NCBI GenBank assembly: GCA_010093745.1 | Contig: MU005976.1 | Span: 124,001 to 188,000, forward strand | Direction of reading: 5' to 3' | DNA length: 64,000 nucleotides | Source: Piedraia hortae CBS 480.64 | Lineage: Eukaryota | Shown here: piece by piece, positions 1 through 14,952 of the stretch | How positions within the stretch are numbered: position 1 is the stretch's first letter | Layout of the letters: every line of letters begins with the position of its first letter | Notes under the pieces: generated by a model | The model's database searches: none | Seen by the model: the letters and a program-made list of their open reading frames with translations, nothing else | Told to the model about the DNA's origin: nothing | Made by a program: the position numbers and the translations under genes

Positions 1-94
1 CGTCTTCCCATCCACACGTGAAGACAGCTGCCCACGTTCCACTCCTTCCTAATTAGTGCATGGCATAGCTGTCAAATGTCCCCAAAACGATAGC

Positions 95-3000
95 ATGGAG
101 GATCCAGAGCTCCAAGGGGCCACCGTCGCTGCTAATGGCCGGCCGCCGTCTCCGGTCCTGTTCGACCCGCAGACGGTTATCAGATATCTCACAAACGTGC
201 TACAAGTCACTCTAGGAGCCACAGAACGCCAGCTCTCCGCCCCCGGAAGCCTACTCCACGACTCAGAACTCCCTCATACCCTCGCCAAATGTCAGCGTTA
301 TGCCTTCGAGCCGCAGACGGCGCTCTACGTGCTCAAACAAACTCCGGAATCCGACGATGAAGACGAGGAAGCTTTTGTCTTGAGTTCGGAGATCCTCTCC
401 AGCTCCCGCGCCGTTGCGTGTGTTGCCTTCTTGAAGCGCCCGGTTCCGCTCTCGCAACATGTTCCCATTAGTCGGCAGATTTCGGTTGTCAATTTGCCAT
501 TATCAGGTGATTCTGAGGCTTCAGTGTCGCCGTATGAAGGGCTGCATTCACTAGTCCGCGGAGCTTTGACACCGCTTTTTGAGGCTGCCGCGAGAGGCGC
601 CGAGAGAGATAACCTACGGCCAGATGGAGATGCGAGGATGGGGATCTCCGGTGCAAGGAGGAAGTTGGCTGATTTGGAAGTCAGCTTGCAGAATTTGCAG
701 CAGAATATTGAAGTTGAGGCTCCGCGGCTGCAGATTCATCCCATAGTATTCGAACGGTTGGAAGCGTCGGGAGGTAATTTGCAGATTGCTATGACGGATG
801 TACCAGAGTCCATTATTGGCGACTCGAGCCTGCTGAACAAGCTGCAGAGCATGGCCAACGACTGGATCAAGCAGATCAGAGACTTTACCAAGATTGCTGA
901 TGAGAGGCCTGTTGGTACGACGACGCAGGAGAAGAATTTCTGGCTCGCAATGGAGGCCGCTCTCGATGCCGTAGAGAAACAGCTTGCCGGAGGAGGCGTG
1001 TTGCTGACGATGAAGATTTTGGAAAAGGCCAAGAGACACGGCATAACAGCCAGTTTCTCCTCCGATACCAAATTGAAAGAGACAAAGGATATGGTGCAAA
1101 AGTACAATTCCCTCTTCCACGGGTTTCCCGTGGAGAACCTGCTCTCAGCCACGTCGGTAGCCAAACTGCGTGATGCACTAGACGATCTATTCATTCACCT
1201 GAACAAGAAGCTGCGCCTGACTCCATATCCGATTCAAAGGGCCTTGCCACTGGTGGAAGCCATCTCGGCCGACCTGGACAAGAGGCTGCATGATCTTCTT
1301 CCAGGTCGAGCCCTCATGCACATGCCCTTTGATGAGTTTTTCAACGTCATCTCTCAAGTGCAGGAAATTTGGTCATACTGGGATGAGGATCTGAAGGAGT
1401 TTACCAATGTTGCCCGAGACGCTACGAGACGGCGTAGTGGCAAGTTCATCCCCATTAAAATTACAAAACGCCATGATCGCACGCAGGATAGGCTTAATTA
1501 CGTCCTGACTTTCAGGGAAAACCATGAGCAGCTGCGAAAGACGATTGCGCATGTGCTCGGCCCGGAAGATGGTGTTCCAGAGGGAACCAACCAGGGCCCA
1601 AACGACTTGGACGGGGTAGATGCCATTCAGGAGATCTCACAGGCATATCTCGCCGTGCAGGATGTAGATGTGCTTGATATCTCGCCCGAGGGAGAGCGGT
1701 TGTGGATGCAGGCAGAGGCAATCTACAACGAGCGAACGGCGCGGGTTGAAAACTCCATCATCGCCCGTCTGCGAGATCGTCTGGCAGTGGCCAAGTCGGC
1801 GAATGAAATGTTTCGCGTCTTCTCCAAGTTCAATGCCCTCTTCGTTAGACCGAAAATCCGTGGTGCGATTAGCGAATACCAGGTACAGCTGATCAATAAC
1901 GTCCGCGATGACATTGAGATGCTCCAGCAGCGATTCACCCATCAATACGGTCAGTCTGAAGCTCATGCCATGGCCCAACTGCACGACCTGCCGCCCATCT
2001 CTGGCGCAATTATCCGAGCCCGCCAGATTGAGAGGCAGCTGGACAATTACATGAGCAAAGTCGGACATGTTCTGGGGCCAAATTGGGATCATCACTCTGA
2101 TGGCCAGAAGCTGCTCGTCCTCAGCAAAGGCTTCCGGCAGAAGCTCGATTCCAAGCCCATTTTTGATGACTGGCTGCGGGATATAGGGCGACGCAACTTG
2201 TCCATCTCGGGCAGACTGTTTGCCGTCACGCAGAACCGGGCAAAGGGGAATCAGCTGGAGATTCATGTCAACTTTGACTCGCAAGTCATCACTCTGTTCA
2301 AAGAGGTTCGCAATCTCGTCTGGCTGAGTTTTCCCGTGCCGCATGCCGTGTCGAGTGTATCCAAGGAAGCGAAGAGAGTCTATCCTTTTGCGGTAAGTCT
2401 GATGGAGAGTTTGAACACGCTGGCCCAGACGAATATGGCTATGGAAGAGTTGTCAGATGCTACGGATCTGCTCGCCGGTTTCCGCAACGAGGTGCAGTCG
2501 TACATTGCCAGGGGCGCGTCCGTCAGGTGGGAAACGTTTGTCCTCGCCTTTGACCTGCATGTCCGCACCATAGACGACTCGCGAGGTTCGGGCGATGATA
2601 AGCTGCATGTGCAGTTTGTGCGGAACCTGGGAACTGCTGTCACGACATTGCAGAGTAAAGTGGCCACACTGCAGACTATCAATGCATCGGTGGTTGCAAC
2701 CCTGAAAGAGCTTCAGACGTGTACCTTTTCTGCTGACACGTTCCGTACCAATATCGAGGCATTGCAGCGAGCGGTTGACCAGCTTAACCTCGAAGGGTAC
2801 TCCAATATTCCCTATTGGGTTGCCAAGACCAATGATCAAGTTGTTCAGACGCTGAACGCCCGTCTACAGCAAGCCATCAAGGACTGGAGTGATGAATTTG
2901 AGAGCAATGAAGCCACTACGACGAAGCAGGAAGGAATGCCTGACGTCGAAACTTCATCTCACGATATTGTCATGGCAAACCAGCTGATCCAGCTTGACCC

Positions 3001-6000
3001 GCCTTTGCCAGATGCCAAGGTCAAGTGGATAGAAAATTTGCACTCTTGGCTTGGTATTGTGTGGAACCTGCCTCGAATTCAGACATCTCGCTTCGAGAAC
3101 GCCCTCACCCTAGGCGGCCAGACGACGGATATAACATACTCTCAGCTGCCGCTCCTGTGCATGGACATGCTCACTGATCTCTATGGGAAGCTTGACGCCA
3201 AGCTCGCCCTGGCGCAGTCCTACGTCAACGAGTGGCTGCAGTTTCAATCGCTTTGGGATCTGCAGATGGATCAAATACATCAAGACATTGGAGAGGAGTT
3301 GGATCTCTGGTTGCAACTGATTTTGGAAATTCGACAGAAGCGAGACACGTTTGATACATCAGGCAGCACCCGGTCGTTTGGACATTTGCTCATCAACTAC
3401 GAACAGGTCCAGTCCAAGGTCAATGCCAAGTATGACCAGTGGCAGCATGAGTTGCTGGCGCATTTTGCTGTGCTTTTCGCCACGCGGCTGGTCGATGTGT
3501 ATGCCGAATTGCAAAAGGCACGGAAAGATCTCGAGGGCTCGTCCCTGCAGGCTTCGTCCACGGCGCAGGCAGTCCAGTTCATCACGATTGTGCAGTCTTG
3601 CAAGCGGCTGACAAAGGACTGCGAGGTGGACATGGAGACCTTTAGACACGGTCAGCAGGCCCTCTCCCGTCTGCGCTTCCAGTATCCCCGGGATTGGCTC
3701 TACGTAGAACAGGTTGACCACGAGTGGTCGGCCCTTGTAGAAGTGCTGGAACGAAAGAGCAAGCTCATTGCCGACCAGACTGACGCGTTGCGGGCAAAAA
3801 TTATTGCCGAAGATGGGGTTGTTCAACGTCAGATTGGAGACATGACGGAACGTTGGGGCGAACAGAGGCCTGTTTCGGGCTCCATTCCGCCGGCAGAGGC
3901 GGTGGCCACCCTTGACACTTTTGATGCGGATCTCACCCGTCTGCGTGAACAGTCGGATATGGTGTCGAGGGCCAAAGAGGCCTTGGATCTGCCTGTAGGA
4001 CCTGACAATTCCCTCGCCACGCTTCTTGAAGAGGTGCAGGATTTCAAATCGGTGTGGGCGAATCTGAGCATTGTCTGGACAGAGCTTAATGACCTCCGGG
4101 ACCAGCCCTGGAGCAGCGTGCAGCCTCGCAAGCTGAGACAGTCGCTTGACAACATTATCAAGACGGCCAAGGAGATGCCCAGCAGGATGCGGCAGTATGC
4201 TGCCTTCGAGCATATGCAATCTGTGCTTCGTCAACTGCTCAAAGTCAATCCTCTGCTGACCGAGATGCGTTCTGATGCAGTGCGTGAGAGACATTGGATC
4301 AAGATTTTCAAGACGCTGCAACCTTCTAAACGCTATTCGCCGCTCTCCGTCACACTTGGGGATGTCTGGGACCTGCAGCTGGGGCCGTCGGAATCGGTCA
4401 TTCGGGATGTCATCACCCAGGCCCAGGGCGAAATGGCGTTGGAGGAGTTTGTGCGTTCGGTCCGGGAATTTTGGCAAAACTACTCGTTGGATCTCGTCAA
4501 CTACAGGAACAAGTGTCGACTCATCCATAGCTGGGATGAGTTGTTTGCAAAATGCAGCGACCACTTGAATTCGCTGCAGGCCATGAGACATTCGCCCTAT
4601 TACAAAGAGTTTGAAGAAGAGGCTTCAGCGTGGGAGGACCGCCTCAACAGGATTCATGTCCTCTTCGACGTCTGGATCGATGTGCAGCGGCAATGGGTTT
4701 ATCTTGAGGGAGTCTTCACCGGTAACGCGGACATTAAGCATCTCCTCCCGGTAGAGTCTGCTCGATTCGCCAACATCAACAGCGAGTTCATGTCTGTCTT
4801 GAAAAAAGTGTACCGCTCGCCACAGGTTTTGGAGGTTTTGCACATTCCCGACGTTCAGCGGTCATTGGAGCGACTAGCTGATCTATTGAACAAGATCCAA
4901 AAAGCGCTTGGGGAGTACCTCGAGAAGGAGAGAGTCGCGTTCCCGCGCTTCTACTTTGTTGGTGATGAAGATCTGCTTGAGATTATTGGGAACAGCAACG
5001 ATACTGTCCGCATCGCGAAGCATCTGCGCAAGATGTTTGCGGGCATCTCTGGACTCGTCATGGAGCAGGAAACATCCATTGTGGGCATCACTTCTGCCGA
5101 AGGTGAGACAATCAGGCTGCGTAAACCGATTGATCTTGCTGTAACGCCGCGTGTCAATGAATGGCTTAGGGCTCTTGAGACGGGCACAAAAGAGACGCTC
5201 TCTGAAGCTCTAGTTGACGCTATTGGCGTACTAAGTTCTTTGGAGGAAGACGATATGGATTCATTTGAGGCGTTTATCCAACGCTTCCCGGCTCAGATTG
5301 TTGTCCTTGCCTCACAAATATTTTGGACGTCGCAGGCCAACACTGCCCTTGCCAATGGGGGCACTCTTCTTCATATCCTCCACGAACTTATAGTTGGTCG
5401 ACTAAAGTTTCTCGCGTCTACTGTACTCCGCGAGTTGGAGCCGCTCTACCGCAAAAAGTGCGAACATCTCATCACCGAGTTTGTGCACCAGCGAGACAAG
5501 GTAGAAGAGCTTGTCAAGGCCGGGGCTGATTCTCCAGAGCATTATCAATGGCTCTTGCAAATGCGTTATGAGTTTGATCCCAACGCCAGTCCCCTGGATC
5601 GAGTTCAAGTCAAGGTTGCCAATGCCGTACTGACCTATGGGTTTGAGTATCTGGGTGTGCCCGAACGTCTTGTGCGGACGCCACTGACGGACCGCTGCTT
5701 CCTCACCCTCAGTCAAGCGTTGTGTCAGCGGCTCGGTGGCTCGCCCTATGGTCCTGCGGGAACGGGCAAGACGGAATCCGTCAAGGCTCTTGGTGTGCAG
5801 CTCGGACGCTTCACGCTCGTTTTCAATTGCGATGACACGTTTGACTACCAAGCCATGGGCCGCATCTTTTTGGGGTTATCACAAGTCGGGGCTTGGGGTT
5901 GTTTTGACGAATTCAATCGTCTGGAAGAGCGGATTCTCTCTGCCGTCTCACAGCAAATTCAGAATATCCAGATTGGCTTGCGTAAGAGGGCGCAGGATCC

Positions 6001-9000
6001 CAATGCCAAGATCGATCTTATTGGGAGGCAGCTGAATGTGCATCCCTTGACGGGAATGTTCATCACCATGAACCCCGGCTATGCTGGTCGATCGAACCTC
6101 CCCGACAACCTGAAGAAGCTGTTCCGCAGCGTAGCCATGTCGAGGCCTGACAAGGAGATCATAGTAGAAGTCATGTTGTTCTCCCAGGGTTTCTCAGAGG
6201 CGAAGGCACTTTCACGACAGACTGTTCCGTTTTTCGCCAAGTGCAGCACCACGCTGTCGAAGCAGCCGCACTATGACTTTGGCCTGCGAGCGTTGAAGAG
6301 CGTGCTGGTCAGCTCTGGTGGACTGAAGCGGTCGAGGTTGGCGAGCGGCACCGGACAAGGGAGTGATTTTGAGCCGCAGATTATTGTTCAGAGCATCAGG
6401 GAGACGATTGCGCCTAAACTAGTGCGGACTGATGCCAAGCTCATGGAGGATATCGAAGCTGAGTGTTTTCCCGGAGTACAGTATGTGCCCGCCTCACTGG
6501 AGAACTTGAGGGAAGCGCTGCGTGAGGTTATTGAGGAGCGCCAACTCTTTGCTACGGCTGCGTGGATGACCAAAGTGTTGCAGTTGTACCAGATCCAGTG
6601 TCTGCATCATGGTGTCATGATGGTTGGCAGCTCTGGAACGGGCAAATCAACGGCGTGGCAGGTGCTGCTTGCGGCGATGCAAAAAGTTGACGGTGTCGAA
6701 GGCGTTTGCCATGTTATCGATCCCAAAGTTATGTCCAAAGAGGCCTTATATGGCAACCTCGACAGCACGACGAGAGAGTGGACAGACGGCTTGTTCACCA
6801 GTATCCTGCGCAAGGTAGTTGATAACCTCCGTGGCGAAGATGGAAAGAGGCACTGGATTGTCTTTGACGGTGATGTTGATCCCGAGTGGGTTGAGAATCT
6901 AAACAGTGTGCTGGATGATAACAAGTTGCTTACTCTGCCCAATGGTGAGCGGCTCGGACTCCCTCCCAACGTGAGGATCATGTTCGAGGTTGAGACGCTT
7001 CGCTATGCCACGCTCGCAACCGTCAGCCGTTGTGGCATGGTTTGGTTTAGCGACGATACCGTCTCCCTTGACGTGATTCTCTCTCGCTATCTTGCTCAGC
7101 TACGCACAGCTACCTTTGAGGATCTTGAGGAAGATGTTGCCATGCAGGCTTCGCCAGAGGGCAGACTTGCCTCACTCACACTCATGGCGGAGATTCTAAA
7201 TGCTCGCTTGACAGGGAACGAGTTCTTGCAAAAGGCCCTCGATCGGTGCAGGGACATGAACCATATCATGGAGTTCACTACTATTAGAGCTGTTGGCACG
7301 CTGTTCTCGCTGTTGAGAAAAGCCTGTCGGTTGATGCTGGAGTACAGCTTGCATCATCCTGATTTCCCGCCCACAGAAGACCAGATTGATGCGTTTTTGT
7401 CCAAGAAGGTTCTTTTGGCGACTGTCTGGGCGTTTGTGGGTGATTGTCCCTTGTGCGAGAGGAAGGTGTTTGGTGATTTCGTTGCTAGACTGGTCACGTT
7501 GGATGTCCCACTGTTGACGGAGCAGACTTCCCTCATCGATTATGATGTCTCATTGCCGAACGCGGCCTGGGTTCCCTGGCAGACACAGGTCCCGTCCGTT
7601 GATGTCAACACCCACTCCATTACGCAGACGGACATGGTTATTCCCACCGTTGACACCGTTCGTCATGAAGAGGTGCTTTACTCTTTCCTTGCGGATCATA
7701 AGCCACTCTTGCTTTGTGGACCGCCTGGGTCAGGAAAGACGATGACGCTTTTCAGTGCGCTGAGGAAGCTGCCAAGTATGGAAGTTGTTGGTCTCAATTT
7801 TTCCAGCGCGAGCACTCCCGATCTATTGGTGAAGACACTAGAACAATACTGCGATTACCGGAAGACGCTGAGCGGAGTGACTATGGCTCCGCGGCAAATT
7901 GGTCGCTGGCTGGTTCTCTTCTGTGACGAGATCAATCTGCCTGCACCGGATAAGTACGGCACGCAGAGGGTGATTTCGTTTATGAGGCAGTTGATTGAGA
8001 ATGGCGGCTTCTGGCAGACTTCTACCAAGACCTGGGTCAGTCTTGAAAGGATTCAGTTTGTCGGCGCCTGCAACCCTCCAACCGACGCCGGACGCACACC
8101 TCTTGGTCTGCGTTTCCTTCGCCATGCTCCGCTCGTCATGGTCGATTATCCCGGAGAGCTCTCTCTGAACCAGATTTACGCCACGTTCAACAATGCCGTT
8201 CTTAAGCTAGTCCCGTCTCTGCGTGGTTATGCTGAGCCGTTGACAAAGGCGATGATTGAAGTCTACATGCTCTCGCAAAAGCGATTTACGCCTGATATTC
8301 AGCCGCACTATATGTATTCGCCTCGTGAGTTGACCAGGTGGGTGCGTGCTATATATGAAGCTGTCAGACCGTTGGAGACGCTCTCTCTTGAAGGGCTTGT
8401 ACGCATCTGGGCCCATGAAGCTCTGAGGCTGTTTTCTGATCGGTTGCTTACCGACGCTGAGAGGCAGTGGACAGAGGAAACCATTGACCGCGTCGCTCTT
8501 GAGCATTTCCCCAACATTGATGAGAAGGCAGCGTTGCAGAGGCCTATCCTATTTTCTAACTGGCTCTCCAAGAACTATGTCCCCGTTGACCGGGATCAGT
8601 TGAGGGACTTTGTCAAGGCTCGTCTGCGGACGTTTTGCGAAGAGGAGATTGACGTCCCGCTTATCCTTTTTAATGATGTGCTGGAGCATGTTTTGCGCAT
8701 TGACCGAGTGTTCCGCCAGCCGCAGGGTCATCTTATCCTCATTGGTGTCAGTGGCAGCGGCAAGACGACGCTTTCCCGCTTTGTAGCATGGATGAACGGT
8801 CTTTCTGTCTTCCAGATCAAAGTCCATGGGAAGTATTCGTCCGAGGACTTCGATGACGACCTCCGCAACGTCCTTCGACGGTGCGGCTGCAAGGGCGAAA
8901 AGATTTGCTTCATCATGGATGAATCTAACGTGCTCGACTCTGGGTTCTTGGAGAGGATGAATACCCTGCTTGCCAACGGTGAAGTCCCTGGACTGTTTGA

Positions 9001-12000
9001 AGGAGATGAGTATGCTGCCCTCATGACGGCGTGTAAGGAAGGTGCTCAGCGCCAGGGTCTTCTTCTCGACTCCCAAGAGGAGCTGTACAAGTGGTTCGCC
9101 CAGCAGATCGTGCGAAACCTGCACGTTGTCTTCACCATGAATCCTCCCACTGAAGGCTTATCCTCCAAGGCCGCCACCAGTCCGGCCCTGTTCAATCGTT
9201 GCGTTCTTAATTGGTTCGGAGATTGGTCTGATCAGGCGCTCTACCAGGTTGCCTTTGAACTTACGCAGTCTGTTGACATTGATCGCAGCAACTACGCCAA
9301 GCCTGATAGTCTCCCGCTGGAATATGATCAGCTTGAACCGCCGCTCTCGCATCGTGACGCTGTGGTCAACTCCATGGTCCATGTTCACCACTCCATGCGC
9401 AACTTCAATAAAAGGCTGCAGAGGCAACTGGGCAAGGTTACTTATCTTACTCCCCGGCAATTTTTGGACTTTGTGGCTCAGTTTGTGAAGTTGTTTAATG
9501 AGAAGAGGGATGACCTTGAAGAGCAGCAGAGACATTTGAACGTTGGTCTGGACAAGCTCCGCGAGACGGTTGACAAAGTCTCCGAGCTAAAGCGCAGTCT
9601 GGCGGAGAAAAAGTCTCAGTTGGAGAGAAAGGATGCCGAGGCCAGTGAGAAGCTTCAACGCATGGTTGCCGATCAGAGAGAAGCTGAGCAAAGAAGAGCC
9701 GCTTCGTTGGAGATTCAAGCTGCTTTGGAGAAGCAGGAAGCTGAGGTCGCAAAGAGGAAGGAAGTTGTGCTTGCAGACCTCGCCAAAGCCGAGCCGGCCG
9801 TGTTGGAGGCGCAACGGAGTGTTAGCAACATCAAGCGTCAACATCTGACCGAGGTCCGGTCCATGCAGAACCCGCCCGCTGGCGTAAAGCTCGCATTGGA
9901 GGCGGTCTGCACACTGCTTGGCCACAGGGCAAACGACTGGAAGACGATTGTCAGCATCGTCCGGCGGGATGACTTCATTGCAAGTATAGTGAACTACGAC
10001 AATGAAAGACAGATGACGCCGCAGCATCGCAACAAGATGAAGGTCGAGTTTTTGTCAAAAGACGAGTTTACCTTTGAGAGGGTCTACCGCGCGAGTAAAG
10101 CGTGTGGACCGCTAGTGCAGTGGGTTGAGGCGCAGGTTAATTATTCAGAGATCCTGGACCGCGTTGGGCCACTGCGTGTAGAGGTTGAGCAGTTGGAAGA
10201 AGAGGCTCTGCAGACCAAGGCGGAGGCGAAGATGATTGAGAATACATTGTCTGACTTGACGGCCAGTATTGCGAGGTATACGGAGGAATATTCGTCACTC
10301 ATTGGCCAGACGCAGGCGATCAAGAGAGAGATGACGGCTGTGCAGTCCAAAGTTGACCGGAGCATGCGTCTATTGAACAGTTTATCGTCTGAACGGGGAC
10401 GTTGGGAAGAGAGCAGCAAGACGTTTGAAGCGCAAATGGATACACTTGTTGGACAGGTATTCCTTGCTGCTGCGTTCTTGGCATACTGTGGGCTCTATGA
10501 TCAACAGTACCGTCGGGCCATGTTGGAGGATTGGTCGTTTCACCTCTCGCAGTCGGGCATTGCTCTTAGTCCGGAGAGTACTTTGACCGAGTTGCTCTCT
10601 AATGCGGATGATAGGCAGCAGTGGCACGATCACGGCTTGCCGGTCGATGAGCTCTGCACGGAGAATGCTATCATGCTGAAGCGGTATAACCGGTACCCGC
10701 TCATCATTGATCCTTCTGGCCGCGTTACCCAATTCTTGCTTAATGAGCACGTCGAGAGAAGGTTGACGGTGACAAGCTTCCTAGACAGCTCCTTTACGAA
10801 GCAGCTCGAGAGCGCCCTTCGGTTTGGCAATCCGATTCTTATTCAAGATGCAGAACATATGGATCCGATCCTGAACCATGTGCTGAATAAAGAATATCAG
10901 CGCACTGGGGGTCGTGTGCTCATTCAGCTGGGCAAGCAGGAGATTGATTTCTCGCCTGCGTTTAAGCTGTATCTGTCGACAAGAGACCCGTCGGTTCATT
11001 TCGCACCGGATGTCTGCAGTCGGACGACTTTTGTCAACTTTACAGTAACACAGAACAGCCTCAAGGCGCAGACGCTGAATGAGGTTCTAAAATCTGAAAG
11101 ACCGGATGTGGATGAACGACGGGCGAACCTGGTCAAGATGCAGGGTGAATTTACGCAGCGACTGAGAAGGCTAGAGCGGATGTTGCTTCAGGCTCTGAAT
11201 GAATCTCGCGGGAACATTCTCGACGATGAGAATGTCATCCAGACGCTGGAGACGTTGAAGAATGAAGCGGCGGACATTACAGCCAAAGCTGCTGAGACGG
11301 AAGGCGTCATGACCGAAGTCAATACCATTATGGCTACCTATGACACCATTGCGAGGTCGTGTTCGGCCATCTTTGCCGTCTTGGAGCAACTCTACCATGT
11401 CAATCATTTCTACCAATTCTCGCTACAGTACTTTGTGCGAGTTTTTGAGGGTGTCCTAGCAAGTGCTAGGCAGATAAATGAGAAGGAGCCACGCGCGCGG
11501 ATCGATTTCATGGTGCGTGAGCTGTTTAGGAAGACGTACGCAGAGACGGCTGTTTCACTTCTGCAGCGCGATCGCCTGGTCTTGGCTGTTTTATTGGCCC
11601 AGGCTTCGCCGTTTGCAATGGATAAAGGGTTGATCGATACTTTGCTTGATGATGCTTTGCCGGGAAATGATGTCAAATCTGTGCCCGATCAGAGGGAGTC
11701 GGCCATGGCGATGGTGGCTCGTATGTCTTCTCTGAAAGACGTGTTTGCCAATGCAAGTGAAGAAGATTTGGAGGGTTTCATAGCTGCAGAAGATGCGGAG
11801 AATCATGTTCCTTCTCTGGGGGATGTCAATGCGAATGATGCTGCGCTGAAGGGACTGCTTCTGATCAAGATGCTTCGCATCGACCGTTTGATTCCTTCGA
11901 CGGAGAAGTTCATCACGACTGTTTTCGGCTCTTCTTTCTTGGCCGTTTCAGACGATGCCCTCTCCCGCGCAGCGTCCCATTCCTCGCCAACATCACCTAT

Positions 12001-12952
12001 TGCCCTCTGCTCCACACCAGGTTTTGATGCATCATACAAAGTCGACTCTCTCGTCGCCCGCATGCAAAGTCCATGCACAAGTGTAGCCATGGGCTCAAAC
12101 GAAAGCATTTCCTCAGCCGACAGTGCCCTCTCCAGCGCCGCTGCCAATGGAACCTGGGTCCTAATCAAAAACGTCCATCTCTCCTCACCCGACTGGCTCC
12201 AAAACCTCATCAAACGCATCGAAGCATTGAAACCACACAGCGATTTCCGCGTTTTCCTATCAATGGAACTAAATGACCGCGTACCCTCTGGACTCCTCCG
12301 CGCAGCAAAAATTTTAGTCCACGAGCCCCCTGGCGGAGTAAGGGCTAATCTCAAGGACTCACTCGCCACTCTTTCTGAAACGCAAACCGGCACCCACCCT
12401 GTGGAGCTCACCCGTGTCCTCTTCCTTTTGGCCTATTTCCACGCCATCGTACAAGAACGTCTCCGCTACGCGCCTCGCTTAGGCTGGACACAACTCTGGG
12501 AGTTCAATGACTCGGATTTTGAGGCCTGTGTCTTTATCGTCACATACTGGGTTGACTATGTTGCCAAAGGGAGGGTCAATGTCGCGCCAAAGACGATTCC
12601 GTGGGAGTTGATCCGCATCCTGGTGGGGGAGATGTATGCCGGGAAAGTCGACCACCCTGCGGATTTATCTGAAGTTTTCGAGCTGGTAAACAAGGTTGTA
12701 AAAGTCGAGGCGTTTGAGGAGGGGTGGGATTTAATTAGTACTGTTGGGGGAGAAGGAGGGAAGCTTCCGCTCCCTGCTGGTACGGGTTTGGGGGCATTTA
12801 AAGAGTGGGTTGATTCTCTACCTGAGCGGGAACCGCCTACTTGGTTGGGGTTGAGGAGTGATGCGGAGAGATTGGTCCTTGTCCGCACGGCGGAGGGGAT
12901 GGTGAGGGATTTGGAGAGGGTTACTGGAGTGTTGGAGGAGGGGGAGAGTTAG
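95..12952 (+). CDS. DYN1: Cytoplasmic dynein heavy chain (NudA/Ro-1/Dyn1), single exon, ~4285 aa
   Basis: Uninterrupted ORF with four AAA P-loops ([32 protein letters not shown]), [10 protein letters not shown], and a coiled-coil stalk with microtubule-binding domain. The first in-frame ATG is at 95; the ORF track starts at GTG 56. Confidence 0.97.
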   Translation: MEDPELQGATVAANGRPPSPVLFDPQTVIRYLTNVLQVTLGATERQLSAPGSLLHDSELPHTLAKCQRYAFEPQTALYVLKQTPESDDEDEEAFVLSSEILSSSRAVACVAFLKRPVPLSQHVPISRQISVVNLPLSGDSEASVSPYEGLHSLVRGALTPLFEAAARGAERDNLRPDGDARMGISGARRKLADLEVSLQNLQQNIEVEAPRLQIHPIVFERLEASGGNLQIAMTDVPESIIGDSSLLNKLQSMANDWIKQIRDFTKIADERPVGTTTQEKNFWLAMEAALDAVEKQLAGGGVLLTMKILEKAKRHGITASFSSDTKLKETKDMVQKYNSLFHGFPVENLLSATSVAKLRDALDDLFIHLNKKLRLTPYPIQRALPLVEAISADLDKRLHDLLPGRALMHMPFDEFFNVISQVQEIWSYWDEDLKEFTNVARDATRRRSGKFIPIKITKRHDRTQDRLNYVLTFRENHEQLRKTIAHVLGPEDGVPEGTNQGPNDLDGVDAIQEISQAYLAVQDVDVLDISPEGERLWMQAEAIYNERTARVENSIIARLRDRLAVAKSANEMFRVFSKFNALFVRPKIRGAISEYQVQLINNVRDDIEMLQQRFTHQYGQSEAHAMAQLHDLPPISGAIIRARQIERQLDNYMSKVGHVLGPNWDHHSDGQKLLVLSKGFRQKLDSKPIFDDWLRDIGRRNLSISGRLFAVTQNRAKGNQLEIHVNFDSQVITLFKEVRNLVWLSFPVPHAVSSVSKEAKRVYPFAVSLMESLNTLAQTNMAMEELSDATDLLAGFRNEVQSYIARGASVRWETFVLAFDLHVRTIDDSRGSGDDKLHVQFVRNLGTAVTTLQSKVATLQTINASVVATLKELQTCTFSADTFRTNIEALQRAVDQLNLEGYSNIPYWVAKTNDQVVQTLNARLQQAIKDWSDEFESNEATTTKQEGMPDVETSSHDIVMANQLIQLDPPLPDAKVKWIENLHSWLGIVWNLPRIQTSRFENALTLGGQTTDITYSQLPLLCMDMLTDLYGKLDAKLALAQSYVNEWLQFQSLWDLQMDQIHQDIGEELDLWLQLILEIRQKRDTFDTSGSTRSFGHLLINYEQVQSKVNAKYDQWQHELLAHFAVLFATRLVDVYAELQKARKDLEGSSLQASSTAQAVQFITIVQSCKRLTKDCEVDMETFRHGQQALSRLRFQYPRDWLYVEQVDHEWSALVEVLERKSKLIADQTDALRAKIIAEDGVVQRQIGDMTERWGEQRPVSGSIPPAEAVATLDTFDADLTRLREQSDMVSRAKEALDLPVGPDNSLATLLEEVQDFKSVWANLSIVWTELNDLRDQPWSSVQPRKLRQSLDNIIKTAKEMPSRMRQYAAFEHMQSVLRQLLKVNPLLTEMRSDAVRERHWIKIFKTLQPSKRYSPLSVTLGDVWDLQLGPSESVIRDVITQAQGEMALEEFVRSVREFWQNYSLDLVNYRNKCRLIHSWDELFAKCSDHLNSLQAMRHSPYYKEFEEEASAWEDRLNRIHVLFDVWIDVQRQWVYLEGVFTGNADIKHLLPVESARFANINSEFMSVLKKVYRSPQVLEVLHIPDVQRSLERLADLLNKIQKALGEYLEKERVAFPRFYFVGDEDLLEIIGNSNDTVRIAKHLRKMFAGISGLVMEQETSIVGITSAEGETIRLRKPIDLAVTPRVNEWLRALETGTKETLSEALVDAIGVLSSLEEDDMDSFEAFIQRFPAQIVVLASQIFWTSQANTALANGGTLLHILHELIVGRLKFLASTVLRELEPLYRKKCEHLITEFVHQRDKVEELVKAGADSPEHYQWLLQMRYEFDPNASPLDRVQVKVANAVLTYGFEYLGVPERLVRTPLTDRCFLTLSQALCQRLGGSPYGPAGTGKTESVKALGVQLGRFTLVFNCDDTFDYQAMGRIFLGLSQVGAWGCFDEFNRLEERILSAVSQQIQNIQIGLRKRAQDPNAKIDLIGRQLNVHPLTGMFITMNPGYAGRSNLPDNLKKLFRSVAMSRPDKEIIVEVMLFSQGFSEAKALSRQTVPFFAKCSTTLSKQPHYDFGLRALKSVLVSSGGLKRSRLASGTGQGSDFEPQIIVQSIRETIAPKLVRTDAKLMEDIEAECFPGVQYVPASLENLREALREVIEERQLFATAAWMTKVLQLYQIQCLHHGVMMVGSSGTGKSTAWQVLLAAMQKVDGVEGVCHVIDPKVMSKEALYGNLDSTTREWTDGLFTSILRKVVDNLRGEDGKRHWIVFDGDVDPEWVENLNSVLDDNKLLTLPNGERLGLPPNVRIMFEVETLRYATLATVSRCGMVWFSDDTVSLDVILSRYLAQLRTATFEDLEEDVAMQASPEGRLASLTLMAEILNARLTGNEFLQKALDRCRDMNHIMEFTTIRAVGTLFSLLRKACRLMLEYSLHHPDFPPTEDQIDAFLSKKVLLATVWAFVGDCPLCERKVFGDFVARLVTLDVPLLTEQTSLIDYDVSLPNAAWVPWQTQVPSVDVNTHSITQTDMVIPTVDTVRHEEVLYSFLADHKPLLLCGPPGSGKTMTLFSALRKLPSMEVVGLNFSSASTPDLLVKTLEQYCDYRKTLSGVTMAPRQIGRWLVLFCDEINLPAPDKYGTQRVISFMRQLIENGGFWQTSTKTWVSLERIQFVGACNPPTDAGRTPLGLRFLRHAPLVMVDYPGELSLNQIYATFNNAVLKLVPSLRGYAEPLTKAMIEVYMLSQKRFTPDIQPHYMYSPRELTRWVRAIYEAVRPLETLSLEGLVRIWAHEALRLFSDRLLTDAERQWTEETIDRVALEHFPNIDEKAALQRPILFSNWLSKNYVPVDRDQLRDFVKARLRTFCEEEIDVPLILFNDVLEHVLRIDRVFRQPQGHLILIGVSGSGKTTLSRFVAWMNGLSVFQIKVHGKYSSEDFDDDLRNVLRRCGCKGEKICFIMDESNVLDSGFLERMNTLLANGEVPGLFEGDEYAALMTACKEGAQRQGLLLDSQEELYKWFAQQIVRNLHVVFTMNPPTEGLSSKAATSPALFNRCVLNWFGDWSDQALYQVAFELTQSVDIDRSNYAKPDSLPLEYDQLEPPLSHRDAVVNSMVHVHHSMRNFNKRLQRQLGKVTYLTPRQFLDFVAQFVKLFNEKRDDLEEQQRHLNVGLDKLRETVDKVSELKRSLAEKKSQLERKDAEASEKLQRMVADQREAEQRRAASLEIQAALEKQEAEVAKRKEVVLADLAKAEPAVLEAQRSVSNIKRQHLTEVRSMQNPPAGVKLALEAVCTLLGHRANDWKTIVSIVRRDDFIASIVNYDNERQMTPQHRNKMKVEFLSKDEFTFERVYRASKACGPLVQWVEAQVNYSEILDRVGPLRVEVEQLEEEALQTKAEAKMIENTLSDLTASIARYTEEYSSLIGQTQAIKREMTAVQSKVDRSMRLLNSLSSERGRWEESSKTFEAQMDTLVGQVFLAAAFLAYCGLYDQQYRRAMLEDWSFHLSQSGIALSPESTLTELLSNADDRQQWHDHGLPVDELCTENAIMLKRYNRYPLIIDPSGRVTQFLLNEHVERRLTVTSFLDSSFTKQLESALRFGNPILIQDAEHMDPILNHVLNKEYQRTGGRVLIQLGKQEIDFSPAFKLYLSTRDPSVHFAPDVCSRTTFVNFTVTQNSLKAQTLNEVLKSERPDVDERRANLVKMQGEFTQRLRRLERMLLQALNESRGNILDDENVIQTLETLKNEAADITAKAAETEGVMTEVNTIMATYDTIARSCSAIFAVLEQLYHVNHFYQFSLQYFVRVFEGVLASARQINEKEPRARIDFMVRELFRKTYAETAVSLLQRDRLVLAVLLAQASPFAMDKGLIDTLLDDALPGNDVKSVPDQRESAMAMVARMSSLKDVFANASEEDLEGFIAAEDAENHVPSLGDVNANDAALKGLLLIKMLRIDRLIPSTEKFITTVFGSSFLAVSDDALSRAASHSSPTSPIALCSTPGFDASYKVDSLVARMQSPCTSVAMGSNESISSADSALSSAAANGTWVLIKNVHLSSPDWLQNLIKRIEALKPHSDFRVFLSMELNDRVPSGLLRAAKILVHEPPGGVRANLKDSLATLSETQTGTHPVELTRVLFLLAYFHAIVQERLRYAPRLGWTQLWEFNDSDFEACVFIVTYWVDYVAKGRVNVAPKTIPWELIRILVGEMYAGKVDHPADLSEVFELVNKVVKVEAFEEGWDLISTVGGEGGKLPLPAGTGLGAFKEWVDSLPEREPPTWLGLRSDAERLVLVRTAEGMVRDLERVTGVLEEGES

Positions 12953-14952
12953 CTATTTTCTTGTGTTTTGCTTTGCTCTTGTGTGAATTTATTGTGTTCG
13001 TTGTGACAATAGGGGTTCTGGAAGGGTTTCTTTTTTGTTGTTATCTTTTGCGGGTTCATCAGCCCATTCCCCTACCACTCTCGAAGCAATTAAACCAGAT
13101 CTGATATACACTAGCTCTCCCACCTCCCATTTTTGGTACGGGAGTGTGCCTGTAGGATTAGACGCGCGGTTAGTTGTCTTGATGAAGGTGACATTTGGGC
13201 AACCTATGAGACATTGTGGTGCCTGCTTCTTGCCGATGGAACAGGTTCAACGTACTCTGGGTTGGCAAAATGATTTTCTGCAGGATGGATCTACTGTGTT
13301 GATTGGCTTTAACCACCCCCCAGAAAGGCAGCGCAGTTATTGGTTGAGGGCCCACGCATGACTCCACTGACACCTCAGTCGCCTGATACGAGGTAGCCCG
13401 CGATTCGCAGACTCCAAAGTACCTCTTCACTTTTCCATCTCGTCCACCTTATCACTCTTCTTCAGCGGCGTTTGAGTGTGTCAGATTTCTCCCGAAGGAA
13501 GAAAGTCACCCCAAGGACATTCCCCTAAGGTGTTGTGTGGTCGATGACGTCGCCCCTGGGATTGTGCCAGATGTGGGGGCGTCTTGGCGCACTTCTACCC
13601 CTCGGTGACGGAATCACACGCACTTCACTTTTTGCTAGAGGGAAGATAGGAGGAGTGGGGAGATAACTTCCTCCCTTTCGATATCACGTCGCAGGAGACG
13701 ATTGCAGTCCAGGTTGCGTCGAAATGTGAGGCAGTCTTGGCACAGGCCTTAGTCTTACGTCCTCCCTTCCGACATCGCGTCCCGGGGGTAGGCCACGATA
13801 GATGCGATCGGGTTCGGGGCGGAATGGGGGGGTGTTTTGGCACAAGTCCTGCTCTCACTTTTCCTTGCAAGGGATGTGGGATTAGCGTTGCGGCCCACTC
13901 TGTGTGACTGTTTTGTATACGATGCTACACTACAATCATCACTTCTGTGGAAAATTGGGTTTTTGAAGGGGAGGCGACATGAGGTGATTGCTCTAAGGGA
14001 TAAGATGAAGGATGGACAAGGCCGATATAGCTCAGAGTTCGATATAGTTGGGCTACTACGCGCTCTTTAACCCAAGGGGCCAAAACATGGAGCAGAAACG
14101 CTGGAGCAGCTCCACTACCGGATCTCTGACAAGAAACTAGCCGGCTTTTGCAAGTTTGATAGCACGACTTGCCAAGTAAGCTGAAGCGACCGATCAGCAG
14201 TCCTAGAAGTTCCAAGCGCTCACGCAGGTTTCTCCCTCTGGGTCCGGAGCAGGCAAGAGATGAGCGGAACGACAAAGCTAAGAAATTTGCTCAAAGCTTG
14301 ATACGGCTTGGACCATTACACACTAGGTTCCGGGCACAAGCTCGGGAGTCGTGATCCACATATCGGACCACTGCACTCCCCGGGACGTGGAACAATAGCT
14401 TCATTGCAGGGTTGGGAAGCCCCTGAGATGGCCCGACGAATAAACAGCACGACAGAAGCCTGAAGAATTCCATTGCGGCTCTGGCGGGTTCTTCACCACA
14501 TTCGGCCTCCATAAAAGTGGGATATCGAAGACTGAAAGGCTGGTTCCTGCGCTGTTGTGTGGGGATGCTTGAAAAGGTCATGCGTAACACGACTCGTACC
14601 ATGGAGCTGCAGTGGGGGAACAAGTGTGTTGCACGCTTGGAATGGGTGGGGCACGGTTATCGAGGTGTTTGAGGACAGGACACTACACACTTCTCACTCA
14701 CACAGTGCCATACGATGGTCGACTATGCATCACAAAGATGCGGAGACTGGGAGGTGAAATAGTGAAGTGCGGAGGAATTTGGGTTTTAAGATTTGAGATG
14801 TCGTGCTATGCAAATTCGGGGTTATGGCACCTTGTAACGCATAATCGACCATTCATACCGGTCATCGAAGTCTTCAACCAGCACATCTGGAAAGTCAAGT
14901 CATTGAAAATCATTCCCGGCCTACAAGAAAGACAGATTGATGAGACGAGGTG

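Noticed and set aside
263..12888. Many antisense and alternative-frame ORFs within dynein, and likewise within kinesin, CEF1 and TMA46
   Set aside because: Shadow ORFs caused by codon bias; no recognisable domains.
13035..14950. Short ORFs in 13.0-14.9 kb, also at 40.1-41.1, 43.2-45.0 and 52.2-54.4 kb
   Set aside because: They look like decayed coding sequence, but no family could be recognised by eye.
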